A stretch of 64,000 bases of DNA from the NCBI GenBank assembly GCA_973851085.1, contig OZ316776.1, positions 12,834,001-12,898,000 of the forward strand, written 5' to 3'. The stretch comes from Ptychomitrium polyphyllum (lineage: Eukaryota). Below the pieces are notes generated by a model. The model did not search any database, was not told where the DNA came from, and saw only the letters and a program-made list of their open reading frames with translations. The translations under genes were made by a program, and so were the position numbers. Positions 12,830-26,698 of this stretch are shown piece after piece (within the stretch, counting starts at the first letter, position 1; each line of letters opens with the position of its first letter).

Positions 12830-13320
12830 TAGTACATTGATGTGATGGAGATGTGACTTAGGTGTTTATGTACAGTCTCAACTCTCCTTATACGTGTCAT
12901 GTTAATGTGGTGCAAGTCTGACTTACATGTTTATGTCCATCCTGGCTACTTGTTTACATGTCATATTGATGTAGTAGGGATGTGATTGAGATGCTTATAT
13001 ACAATCATGATGCTTCCTTTATGTGTCATATTGACGTGGTGTAACTATAATTATGCATGTTTATGTATAGTAGAATGGTTCCAGCTGTTTATTTGTGTGT
13101 CAGAATTGATGTAGTAGTGATGTAACTTAGATATTTATCTACTAGAACGGTTCCAATTGTTTATTTGTGTGTCAGAGTGATGTAATGCTGATGTAACTTA
13201 GACATTCATGTAGTGACTTGAGTATTTATTTATGTAGCACTATAATACATTAATATACTAATAAATTTAGATATTTTTGTACAATCTTAATTTCCTATTT
13301 GTGTGTTGTATTGTTATGAT
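12830..13320. repeat. Degenerate minisatellite, ~64-73-bp unit, about 7-8 copies
   Basis: Recurring TGTCATATTGATGTAGTA...ATGTGACTTAGATGTTTAT core near 12835, 12895, 12959, 13024, 13097 and 13170. Confidence 0.6.
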
Positions 13321-15120
13321 GAAATATTCTTATTTATATGCACTTAGAAATTTTTATCTATAAGTAATTTGAAACATGTTTTGTTTTTTTTCTAATCCTT
13401 GAAAAAAAATTCAATAGTTTCAAATGGTTTTCAAGGTGGATTTTTTCCACTACCATAGGAGATCCAAGGCCACCAACTATTAATAGATTAAAAACCACCT
13501 ATTCAAAAAAATCCCGATAATTTTTTAGTTCAATTAACTATAATAATGAATGGAAATTAAGTGCATGGTGGTTATTAGATGGAATTTAGATCATTGTACG
13601 TTTGTTAAATAGTAATCATTAATTATTGTTTGGATAGTTAATTGGCTATTATATTAGTGGTTTCTGAATAATTTATTGTAACATTCTTTAAAAATATGAA
13701 AGTAATTCATATTGATGCAGCCATCTATATATCATCTTATTAAAACATAATGTACAAATATACCTCCACCTTATTAAATTTGCAAATAAATAAATCATTT
13801 GTAACTTTGAATATGTATATGTAGTTTATAAAGACAATGAGTTTGTAGACTTATAATCATGCATGTGTAGCCTATAGGGGCCAATTTTATAAAATTTGGG
13901 ATAAACACATCATTTCAATAATGCAATCTTCTAATACATTTATTATGAACAATGTACCTTAATTCATTGCATTTGAATCTGGAGAAAACCATTAATCATT
14001 GATCATTAAAAAAACTTATAATTGGAATTGTATATTTCATTATTGTTTTACAAGTAATGTTTTTGAAATTAAGGAATAAGAAATTATCCAAGTTTAATTC
14101 CATTTATTTTCCTTCGATATATAAATAGACTATAGTATAACTTTCTTTAAATGGCTACTCTTATCCCTTTGGATTTACATCATGGATAACAAATATACAT
14201 TTCAATTATTTTTGCCAAAAATCAAATCAACATTGTATATTTGGAATTAAAGTTCAAATCAAAAGGCATTCCAATAATGGTTATATGGAAAATGACATGA
14301 GTTTACAATGAATCAGAATATTTGTATGCTTCCTACACATTGCATATGAGCAATGTGTTGGTTTCTGCAAGCTCGGAGGAACTCGTGGAAAAAAAGAAAT
14401 TGACATTATAAAGGTCAAGGATTCCATTCCCCAGGGGGGTGGAATCACCCTGCTTTGAATCATTGTCAGATACAACATGAAGTAGTTTTGCAATCTTTTT
14501 GATCTGGAAACAAGTTTCCTCAAACTTCTAAGTTGAGTTCCCACTCTGAGACATACTCTATGGTTGACACTGATAGACTCATACTTTCCACTACAGAATC
14601 AAAACCAACGCCACATTGATGGTTCCAGCAGGAGCTGTGGAGAAGCTTTGGAAGGTTACTAAGGTGGTTGGCCCATGTAAACTTTTATACAATTTTGTAG
14701 TATGGCACTCCATTTGCATGACATGCTGTACAAGTTTACCTCCAGCATGGGGGAATGCATCAAGGCCAGGAAGGTGTTCTGTTAGCGTAGGGCTTGCAGG
14801 CTGCGACATGGGCTGAACGGGAGCAGGCTGGCAGAGGAGTAAGAGGGCGAAGACCCGGAGAGAAGTTGGACCGTCATTTGCCAGCTCAATTGGGCGACTA
14901 GAAAGGATGAGGTGCCAATCCAAGTAGGGGCAGATCCCTTCATTCTGACGACAATATATTCTCATTCCCCCTGTCTTCAACCTCAACTCGTGCTACCTCT
15001 CAATAATAATATGTCCTATGGTTTCTTGTCCACCTAAACCCCCTTTTTAAAACAGCTAAATAAGTCTTATGGGCTAGCACCGGACCGCTAGGAGGGTTGC
15101 AAAGGCAAACTGATTGTTCT

Positions 15121-15805
15121 TTTTATTTTATTTTATTTTATTTTATTTTATTTTATTTTATTTTATTTTATTTTATTTTATTTTATTTTATTTTATTTTA
15201 TTTTATTTTATTTTATTTTATTTTATTTTATTTTATTTTATTTTATTTTATTTTATTTTATTTTATTTTATTTTATTTTATTTTATTTTATTTTATTTTA
15301 TTTTATTTTATTTTATTTTATTTTATTTTATTTTATTTTATTTTATTTTATTTTATTTTATTTTATTTTATTTTATTTTATTTTATTTTATTTTATTTTA
15401 TTTTATTTTATTTTATTTTATTTTATTTTATTTTATTTTATTTTATTTTATTTTATTTTATTTTATTTTATTTTATTTTATTTTATTTTATTTTATTTTA
15501 TTTTATTTTATTTTATTTTATTTTATTTTATTTTATTTTATTTTATTTTATTTTATTTTATTTTATTTTATTTTATTTTATTTTATTTTATTTTATTTTA
15601 TTTTATTTTATTTTATTTTATTTTATTTTATTTTATTTTATTTTATTTTATTTTATTTTATTTTATTTTATTTTATTTTATTTTATTTTATTTTATTTTA
15701 TTTTATTTTATTTTATTTTATTTTATTTTATTTTATTTTATTTTATTTTATTTTATTTTATTTTATTTTATTTTATTTTATTTTATTTTATTTTATTTTA
15801 TTTTA
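15121..15805. repeat. Perfect (TTTTA)n microsatellite, 137 units (685 bp)
   Basis: Read directly; no interruptions seen. Confidence 0.97.
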
Positions 15806-18800
15806 TTGTATCATTTTGTGAAATTATTGTGGAAGCCCTGTTCTGCTCTTGCATGTTTGAGATTGTGAGCTGCGGGCCCCAACAATGGTGTATCCTGGTT
15901 TTGAAAGGGAAAATCTGGCATGTAGCATATAAAATTGGTGTTTAATAGAAAGCTTTGGTAACTTTGGACGAACTTTTTGCTTGTGTTGTGGCCACTGCTT
16001 GCTACTCAGCCTAGTGTCCATATGGAGCACAAGCTTGCAGAGAAAAATGGCCGTACGTTCTATGCTGACTACAACTTTTCAAGCATAGATTTCCGAGTCT
16101 GCCTGTTGTGGGCACTGGATGTTAGTCATAAGCTGTAGATTACCGGTCTTTTGTGGTCATAATCAATGATAAGCCTGCATGGGTGGGTGCAGACTGTAAA
16201 GCAGCATTCCAGTGAAGGCTGGATGCTAGTGATGGACTCAACGAACCCGCTCTTAAATATCCGAATTCCAAGATGCCACAATTAGATGGAGTGCCCATCA
16301 GTTCCAAGAATCCAATTCAATAACAAACCTCTACTAAACTGCCTTTGGTCAATTGAATGCTGGGAAGGACCAAACTTCTCTTCAACAGCAAATGACTGGT
16401 TAGGGTATCAAAATGTGGTGAAAGTCCAAAACGAATTGACCCATGTGTGGAACATATTTGATACAGTAATATGAATTGCTGGAGATATATCACACATGTT
16501 CCAGTAGAAGGCTTTTGAAATAAACATGCGAAGAAATTATGCTAATCACATAGCATCCTGTGTCAATGAAAGGGACCTGGAAATATGCAGAAAGTGCACT
16601 GGGCCATTTATATACAGAGTGGACACATGATTACTGGCTGATCACCTGGGAATTTGTTCTCTAGAGCTACTAATAGAAAAGTTATAGTTGATCTAGTGAG
16701 GTTAACTTTCATAAGTTAAACTCCGCTTCATTTGCAATCATACAATTTTATGTGAACACATGTGAACACATGTGCCCATCACTCAAGTCAGGGTCATGTG
16801 CCGTGAAGTACATCCTCCTTCAACAATTAGTGTTTTTAAATTTTCTGGCTCCATCAGACATTCTGGACAGGAAATACGGGATCTTGAAATTAGGAATGTA
16901 CAAAGTGCCAAATCCATATACCGGGTAATTGGATAATTCTAAATTTAGGTATAAAATCACTCTTGGCTATCAATCTTGATTGTTCCACGCCTGATAGAAG
17001 TCAATTTGCAAATGAAATCAGATGCTTCAGCACATGGTAATCATGTCCATGATTAGCCAAACTAGATTTCTGATTTGCATGTGACTCAGCTGAAGATTTC
17101 TGATGATTTTCTTAAAGAAGTTATTAACACATTTTAAGATAGTGTCAAGCCAGAATTCTGAAAAGGTAATGCACTTATTTGACTTGGGTCTATTAGAAAG
17201 AGTTTGAAAAATGGTGGATCCTTATGGAAACAAAAGGGTTTTCTTAGACCGGTAACCACTTCACATGAAAACTGAATTCTTCTTATTTCCCCTTCTTCAT
17301 GATTCAAGTTTTCCCTAGTACATATGATATGTCACTCAAGCTAACTAAATCCAACCAAAATCTAACTTAAAAGCCAATTTTGGAAAGCCCATGTTGAAAA
17401 ACAAATAATGGGTGTTTGAGGTTTGTTTGAAATGGACAAACGTCTTTTACTTTCTTCTAATGAATGCAATACTTTTATATAGTATCACTTGTAAGGGTTA
17501 TAAAAGATGTTCAGTTCACTTCATAGAATTAAATCCAACAACTCATATGATCCACTGTTTAGATCATGAAAGTAACCGAAAATTGCTATTGACCACAAAT
17601 GAGTTGTATTTTTCATTCAACCTAGTTTTTCTTTATTCTTGTGTTAGTTGGACACCCTTGATATAATAAAGTTCTTCAATTTTTTTTAAAAATATGACAT
17701 ATTTATACTCAAGTTCAACATTGTAATTTATAGCCTTTGAGGCAGTATTGTAAATAAAATAAACTATCATCTTAACATTAAGACCATTTTAAACTTCATT
17801 AATTTATAAAAAGGAAATAAGATTTTAAATTATTAACTTTACAAGTTACTTTTATTACTATGAAACTTAATATTCAATCAAATATTATTCCATCTTTGCA
17901 ATAGGTATATTAAAGATTATTTAAGTTTGTGTGGTAATATAGTAATGAAATAATTTTCTGTAATTTCAAAACTTAAAATCATAGAACGTATTTGTTTAAT
18001 TTTAGTTCAATAACATAAAAATCAAGAATTAATCAAGAATATTAAAAATTTAATGTTGGCAAATACTATATCCTTGTCATTGTAATTTTGTGGAAATTTT
18101 TAATTAATGTGATTTTTTTTAAATTTATATATTATTGTAAAAATGCTTATTATTACTATATATCATAATAATGTCTCATAACATTCTTGGACAAAAGCTT
18201 TAACTATCTTTATATTAATATTTGAAAAAACAAAAAAATTAAGTAACAATGGTATAGAACTTAAAAAACTTATACAATTGATGTGACATATATTCATGAA
18301 CTAGAATAAAAGATTACATCAAGTTTTTTGTTGAATGTTCTTGTTGTACTTTTCATTGTTTAAGAATGTTGTATAAAAACCAATGTAGTCATGCCAATTT
18401 AATCTTGTCTTTTTTTTTTAATTATTCTATTTTTTTGGTTTTTCCTCTTTATTATTTTCATTCTCAAATTTGCATATCATACTCCATATTTTGAAATTAA
18501 ACAAAGAATGTTATCTAATAACTACTTCATTTGATAGTTTATTTGTTACCTTAGCATATCTATTGCATAATTGTTATTGATGCAAAAGCTTTGGAATCCT
18601 TTATTTTGATTAAAACCTCAATTGACTTACTTTCTTTACTTTATTTGCTTGATTTATAGATAGTTTGTGCTATTTAAAGAGTGCTTATCTATAGGAATAA
18701 ATAGCCGCCACCTTATAATTTGCTATTATTGTTGCAATGATGTATTGTCCATTTATTTTATATTTGAGACTTTGAATTGTAACAAGAACAACATTTGTCT

Positions 18801-21750
18801 TTTTTATGTTTCAAATGAGTGAATATACTCAAACTTTTATGAAATTAATACTTGATGCTATTTTTTATAATATTTTATATTTGAATAAATAATACTAGTT
18901 TTAAATAGATCCTCTACAAGTAAAGCGTTTAATATAAAATTTCAACACATTATTGTATGTTTATTTTTACTTGATAAATAATTGATGGCTAAAATTCCAA
19001 TTCTTGAAGTAAATTATTATACCATATTCCTTGGTTTTCTTAGGGATAAATTTAGCAATAGAATATTGGCTCATGAACTAAATACATCCAAATGTCATTT
19101 TCCATAAGTATGAATCTTTAAATTGATTAAAGATATATATTCAAATGGACCAAAAATAAAATATTAATGGAAATTATATTCCATCATTTGTTGTTGGCTA
19201 CTATTTCTTGGTGGTTACATAGTCCATAGATAATTGTAAAATAGAAAATTATTATTATTCATAAGTTACAAATTAATCTTATTATATTTTTTCATAAATT
19301 CATATGGACCTACAATTATGTTATTAATGGAAAGAAAAAGGTTTTCCATTACAATAGTCTCCGTTACTTTCATCATAGAGATGTGCTTGGAAAAATCCAC
19401 TTTTATTAAATATGCATTGTTATTTGAACAAACATAACTTCAAATTTAATAAAAACTATATTTTTAAAAAATTAAGATGGAAGATTGAAGCAATAATTTG
19501 ATTAATAAAAAAAAAATTCAGATATGGAGGTTTTTGCATTCAATTAATATAATCAAATCAACCGTTTTCCATTTTTTTCACATTTTGGCATTCCTTTGAT
19601 AATTCTTAAATTTAATGGCACCAATTTATAAATTTAAATGACTAAAGCTTCTAGATTTTGTTCATCTTCCATCAAATGACCAATTTTGATTAATAATTGT
19701 TGGATTGTATTCCAAATCAAGTCTATTTGTTGTGATTAAACTCTAGCATCTACAAAAAGGATTTTAGACTTTGGCAAGAATTTTAGTACAAAGAGGTTCA
19801 TTTTGAATATTTCTTACTTTGTAGAAGCTAAATCATTTGTTGATATTGCAAGGCCATTTTGAAAAGCATCAATGCCTTCAATGATTTTGTTAGTTTACTT
19901 AGTATTTTGAAGTTTTTCAGGTACTAATGTGTTTTCAAAATAAGGCTGGCCAAATGTCTGTTCGAAGGGTTTTTTTATTTGAAGAAGTTAAGTAAAACAA
20001 TGTCAGTCCTAAAGTTCCATAAGCCAAATTTGAGAAACCTTTTTAAATATTAAAATGTTATTAATGTACTAGGTTTCATGACTCCAAATTCAATCTACAT
20101 CATCCACAACAAGTATATTACAAAATGATATGGTTAAGATTTTCAAAAAATATCTTCTATTCACACCTAGTACACTTTAAAAGTAATGATGTTTTCCCAT
20201 TAAAAGAAGTCATGGTTCCTTTGAAATTAAGCTTTAAATGTGAATATCTCTCTAATAAAATCTCACTTATTTTGTAGCAAAAAGCAGTATCGTCTCAATT
20301 TTGTGAGCTTTCCAAACTCTATAAAACTTTTATAGAAATTGGAGCAAAATGAGCATTCTATGTGTCAGTTCGTTTTTGAGCTGAACTATGTATGACCATG
20401 TGAAACTGGCAATACCGTACCATCTGTAACGAAATTCCTTTGGGACTCTCTCCCTAGATCCTCACCATTCATTTACACTCTTGCTCCTCTCTACACCATT
20501 CTTTCAGTAATCTTAGTACTACAGCACTCTTCCTTTCAATTAGTGGAGTAGTGATTTTGATGCAACTCTACTCATCAGCAGACATAAAACTAGCTTAACA
20601 ACATGTCCAGATTAACAAATAACACAGGTCCTTTTTTATGCCAAACTTTCTGCCAATGCAGACACCTCATTGCTGTCCAAGCAGGGGATAGCATGCTTGA
20701 CCAATAGCAAGGCCTATGCATTTGCACAACAATTGGGAATGGTAGAGGATGGTTTATCAGATAGGGACTAGTTCAGGGCACCTATAATTATTCATGTCTA
20801 ACACACATTTCTCAAAGTCCATACTTGTAAAGCAATTTAATATCTATAGTCTCCTATATTTTGACATGCATAGATACAATTTGAAATTTAAAAAGATTGA
20901 CCTACTGATTTATATAGAAGTTTAGTAAGTTCAATTTCAAAACTTTAGAGGTTGACTTGCATGTCAAAGCCTAAGATTTATTTTAACAATTGTTTCACCT
21001 TCCAAACTCACCCCCTAGAATATACTCAATTGTTTAGATTGCCTGGGTTTATATTTTCTACCTTTCTGCTCACAAACTTCGTGAAACAGACACGACTCAT
21101 GGGTTAGAAGAGTGGATGTAATCGGAAACTTTTGATGGATCCAGTTTTGAAAGGGTAGTTACTTGCATTATTTTAATATGAGCACAACAGTAAAACTTAT
21201 GAACATGGAATGTTGAGAAGAGTTTGTTTACCTACTAAGTTACTGCAAGGTATGTGTTTTTGAAAACTGTCCTACTACCTCCATTAGAGAACCACCTCAT
21301 TCTTCTACACAAGAATTATAGATGGTTTCCTTATAAATTTCTAGCATGAATGCAATCTCCTTCTCCACAGCAGCCACTGTGGCACAGAACTAGCAGCCAT
21401 TTGCCAATCATGGATCAGACAGAACTCATTCAGAAGGAATCAACAATTGCGGAATTTGATCAGATTCTCCTTGAAAGTGCAGCCACATATCAGAGTCATG
21501 AATTTCAACCATCTGTAACCCTCTTTCTCATCCAATTCTTTCTCATTAAAAATCTTTTACCTTTAGTTCAGACAACACTTACGGGAATAAACCTGCCTCC
21601 CGTTTTCTATTTGGTACAACTGCGTCGTGTATTGGAAACCCGTGAAACAGCTGCTCTGCTTGTCCTTGAGCAAATTCTAAGCATACCTCCAGGCATTACC
21701 CAAGTGCACTCAGACGCCAATGGTGAGCGTATCCCACTTGCTCCAACTTC

Positions 21751-24700
21751 TCAACTTTCATCTGAAAAAATACGAAGCACAGCACAACAACAGATAAAAC
21801 CACAACGTTAGATATCAATAATATGGAAGATGTCTGACGCTTCTCTAAAATCTATACCTAGTATAAACTAATGGAGTTATTGGAGAGAGATTTACATCAA
21901 CTCATTTTCAAGTCCGTTCAAAAAGGCAAATTCAACACACTCGTTACATTAAACTACGTGCACAAGTGGCAGACAGCAGAAGTACCTTGTGCTTGAGCAG
22001 CCCGCATCTTCTTGATCCTTTCTTGCCACGAAGAGCCAGCTTGCAGAACAATAATCTGCAAGGAGTTTTCAAAATCAAGAATCTTTCTTAGTTTGTCATT
22101 ACCTTCTACGCCCCAGAAACAAGCTACTGAAAAGATAAATCTTAAATTGAGATAATTGATTCCAAATGCGTGTGACAGACAACATAAATTCAGAGGAGAT
22201 AACCCTGAGCTTTACATGATTGCGCGCTTACTACAGAGAATGGACAGAATAGCTAGGGCATTGATAAGATAACTCACTATACCTGTTCACTAACAACCCC
22301 AGACACTTTAGCTGCGGCAGTGTCATTACTATCTTCATCACCATCGTCGTCAACTCCACGAGGATCGCTTCTCTCGCGTTCCCTCCGAGCTGGTCGTCGC
22401 TTAACATCTTCATCTTCCACAACCACACGAGCACCAAAGATGGCAGCTTCATGGGCAGCTTGCAGCCGAGCCTCCCTCCTAGCCTGCACATAGTTAACCT
22501 TTTCTAATGCTCCTTGGTAGAAACATGAAAAATTTGAAGAACACTCTAATCAACCAATTACATTATCAACTTTTCAATCCTCCAAGTACAGTATTTTTTT
22601 TGTGAACAAATGAAACGCCCAGACACAAAACATCTTGAAAGGCAAATTGAATTTGTCAAATTACCTGTTCAGTGACGAACAAATGAGAACCTCCAAGATT
22701 ATCAATCTGGGCAGTGTCCGTTGATGCTCCCATGCCGTCTGCCATGTATAACAGATTCTCAGCACTAAAAAGCAAGGACTTTACACACATAGGCGACAAA
22801 AATGCAGAAAATCTTACAAACATACGAAGGAACAATCTCAATTTGGATTACAGGAGATCAGGCACTATTATTAGTGGCACTGAGCATCAACCCACCAATG
22901 TATAGTACCAATATAAAGTAGAGTATTTTATATAATGTATAGCACAAAAATTCCCTTGCTATGTAGCAAAGAGTAACTGACCCAAATCAACTAAGACGAT
23001 GCTTCACTGTTAGAATACTAGCATGTGAAAACTAAAACACTCGTTTCAGCGAGATTTGAAACTATGGCTAAGAACTGACACGCAGCATGGTACAGTGGTG
23101 AAGTTACTTTCAACTAGACAGCGGCTTGTGCAACCACAATTACACAAGGTGATATAATGGATGAGCAGACCATGAAGATTAATCAACTGCACTAAGAGAC
23201 TAACCCCATGAATAATTTGTGGGAAGAGTTCTTACCACCAAGGAAATCTTGCATATCATCCAAAGGAGCATCTTTGTTGAAATCAAAACGCTCCCATTCT
23301 TCCTCCACACCCTTGCCAGCATCCTTAACCACTGAGGTGCAAAATCAGCACATACCCACCTAAAGAATCTTAGCTCCTATGTCATTTTTAATGCAATCGA
23401 AGTGTTGCAAAGTACAGCACACAAATCATGTACAGAATTTTTCATCTCAATCATGAGAAGACTAACAGCTCAAGTTGCTTAGACCAGCCATACCTGTCTG
23501 AGACAGTTGTAACTTCATCTTAGCTTTCACTTTTTCTGCTGGTGTCTGCAGATACAAAGAACTCATTTAGTATGAAGAAATCCAGTATGGCATGTCGTCA
23601 AACAAATAATTACAAACTCCCAACCCTATCCGAGAATCTTGTCACAACTGCAGCAACTTCAAATTAGAACCATGATTTCTCAGGGACTTTGATCAATCAG
23701 ATCACATACCATCGTTGTTGTTTAGGAAAACTGACCACCCATACTTGACAACGTCAAAGCAGTATACAATAGTCGATAGTGTACGCAATTTTAATTACGC
23801 ATGTTATAACATAGTTTGATGATGGATAGAGCAAATTTACCATGGAATCAAAGCCCGGAATCAAATTCGCCCAGTCTTGGTCCCGTTCAACTCTTCTAGC
23901 TATTCTTTTTCGCCTTCCACTAGGACTCAAACGACTGGTGTCTTGTCTACGATCTGACCTGCTTCGATCTTTCCTATCATCATCTGAGCCCCGGTCTCTA
24001 CCCCTCCTTCCAGGTGAACCACTTTTCAATCGACCCCTACTCTCTCTGTAGTCACGTCGACTCCCCTCTCTGGACCTGCTTCTTAACACATCCCTTCTCT
24101 TGCGATCAACTTCTCTAGACCGGCTTCTCGATCGACTCCTCCGATCTCTGTGATACCTTTGGCTTCTGTCCCTAGATCGGCTCCTTGATCGACTATACCG
24201 ATCCGTGTAGCATCTTCGACCTCTGTCTCTGGACCGACTTCTTGATCGGTATCGATCCTGTCGACTCCTCCTTCTCAGAGGGCTTCTCGATCGCTCTCTA
24301 TCCTCACTACGCCGACTCCTTTTAGATATACTGCCATTGCGGTCTCGCCTGTTTCTTTCTTTGGAGCGGCTTCTTGAGCTGCGCCGTCCATCCCTGGGGT
24401 AGATTCCTCTAGGCTCACGACTTCTACTTCGATGTCTGCCTCGCTTTTCTTTCGATGGGCTCCTAGACCTATCGTTGTTGTCACTATGTTCTCTTTGATC
24501 CCTCGCTTCTGCATGGCTCTTTGACGCACTCCTATGATCTTCTGGAGCTTTCTTCGACAAACTTGTACGAGACTGATCATCACCGTCCCTGAATAGATGG
24601 AGATTGGAGATTCGATCAGATACGGGAGTTAGTAGGATATATGAACATAAGTAATGAAGAATTTTAGAAGCGAAGCATATGGCAGTGTATTACAAGAAAC

Positions 24701-25199
24701 TGCACACTTCTGGTGATTGTAAAAAGGGCATATAAGTCTTGTCCACCTGGCCTCTTGACCTGATTCCTGTGTATAGTAGCTTGTAATTTTTTCCGCAGAA
24801 CCTAAGCTTGACTTTGACCTAACACACACTTGAACTGAAACAGCGAAATGTATGCTTTTGCTTTTCGCAAAGACAGAAAATCCAAGAATATTCATTTTAA
24901 ATCGATCCCAAAATGAATGCTAGCACATCGTGAAGATATAGCACTAAGCGACAAGCATCGGATGATTCCAAAACTTGCCTGCCTCCCGGTTTCGAAAAAG
25001 AACGAGGCTCTTCCAACTCCTTACGTGCCTCCGCTGCCCCTACCGACTTGCCCGCGCCAACAAAATTGATCATCCCATACTTCGCTGGCGCAGCATTGGT
25101 TGAGTTGCTCCCAAACCCTAAACCTTGTTTGAAAAGCGCGGCATTCCTTCCCTTGCCAAGCAGCTCATTGTAATAAGCTGCAGCTTTCTCTTCCTCCAT
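21751..25199 (-). CDS. Arginine/serine-rich (RS-domain) protein of a conserved plant family, probable splicing-associated factor (~490 aa); exons 25199-24979, 24588-23841, 23545-23494, 23331-23236, 22738-22665, 22483-22283, 22055-21986, 21761-21751
   Basis: N-terminus MEEEKAAAYYNELLGKGRNAALFKQGLGF, long RS/RD tract, then LIPGFDSM|TPAEKVKAKMKLQLSQT|VVKD...WERFDFNKDAPLDD...ARREARLQAAHEAAIFGA...SWQERIKK. Exon phases sum to 1473 nt; intron 1 is GC-AG. Confidence 0.85.
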
Positions 25200-26698
25200 A
25201 CTTCCTCCCACTCAAGCCCACTTGCACGAGCTCAACGCGTCACCCTAATGCAACTTCTCGTCATTCCGCTCAACTCCACGAACCCTAAACCCCGCCTCAC
25301 GACCAATCCTGCATTCCACAAACCGGTGCAGCAATTCACGAATCAGTATAACTTCTCCCACACAAAAGACCCAAAAACTGACAAGCCTCCACTCATCCAA
25401 TTACACACACCAAACGAGCGTCTACGGCGAAGCGGAACACGAGCAATTTCGAACGTGCACTCTGAACGCCTAACTCCGCTCCTTCAAGACAATTCAAGGC
25501 TGCTACAACTCAAACAAGGACGCGATGTACTGCAAACCAGAAAGTAGGTATAAATCCTCATGAACGTAGCATCATGGCCACTCTTGCATCGGAAACTGAA
25601 CCATCCATGACAAAAGATGACAATCTGAAGGTGATCGGACTCCTTTTGCTGTGCCTCGAACCCTAGGACTGCCTCTCTCCTAAACCCACCTCTTCCAAGA
25701 AAACTCCCTCTCTGCGTTGTCGCTGCTTGCCAACAGAAACTAGTGCGTGAAGCCTCAAACGACGCCTAGTCTTTCCAAACCTGAGTAACATGGCCACCCT
25801 GCATCTCACACTCTGGCTCACCATGGAAGTAGCGGACTGGTATCAACTGAAAGAAAGTTAAGCAGAAGCTGCAATGGTATGAACTGTTGAGCAAATGCTA
25901 CAATAGTAGAGAAAAAGCTCTATAAAAAGGAACTGTTTTTGAAACACCAACTTTCTGTGTGATGAGCATTTTCCCATGGCCGGACAGTGGTGATTTTTTC
26001 TACTAGATTGGGAAAATTGTGAATCGAATCATAATTGAAAGAAGATGAGTACTTTTGCAATAAGGAAAACTTGCAAGGTAAGAAAGGAAATTATTATGGA
26101 TTTAAATTATGTGATCATAAATCTTAATTTATATTATGCACGATTGCTTGAGTTTGATTGAAGGGCACTTTAAAGTTCATCTCTCATTTAGGTAATCTAT
26201 AGAAGAATGAGTTGTTCTTTTTGAGAATTTGCTCTTCATTGTGTTTTGCATGTATACTAAAAGAATATTGGATCCATCTAGCAATGTATGGTATCTCACT
26301 CATCATGATTTCAGAATTCCACAATCTGCCATTGAACAAACATCTTGCAGTAACCCTGCAATGGCATGAGGGTGGGTGGTCTGAGCATTTCAACTTCACT
26401 TACTGGAGCTTACTACAAATATATTTAATGAGAAACATAAGTAAATGTTCGTGTTATAACCTCTCTAGTACTAATACTATAACCTGCCAAAGAAGAGTTT
26501 CTGCTACGCAATAAAAATGAAGTGACAGAATCGAAGAATGTCAAGGTTCTAATTTAGATATAGTTATGACTTCCCCGAAGGTGTACTATGATTCCTACTA
26601 CACTTGTGTAGAAGAGAGTGCAAAATTCCCTTCCACAAGCGTCAAACCAGGATTAACTGCAACTATAAATGACCACTGGAATTTGAGCTGAGTCTAGT

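Noticed and set aside
14281..14986. 87-aa and 131-aa minus-strand ORFs beside the microsatellite
   Set aside because: No recognisable domain or consistent splice structure; left unassigned.
15097..15945. 282-aa and 235-aa poly-(FYFIL) ORFs
   Set aside because: They are translations of the (TTTTA)n microsatellite, not genes.
21350..21811. 153-aa + strand ORF
   Set aside because: Antisense to the last exon and 3' UTR of the RS-rich gene, with no recognisable motif.
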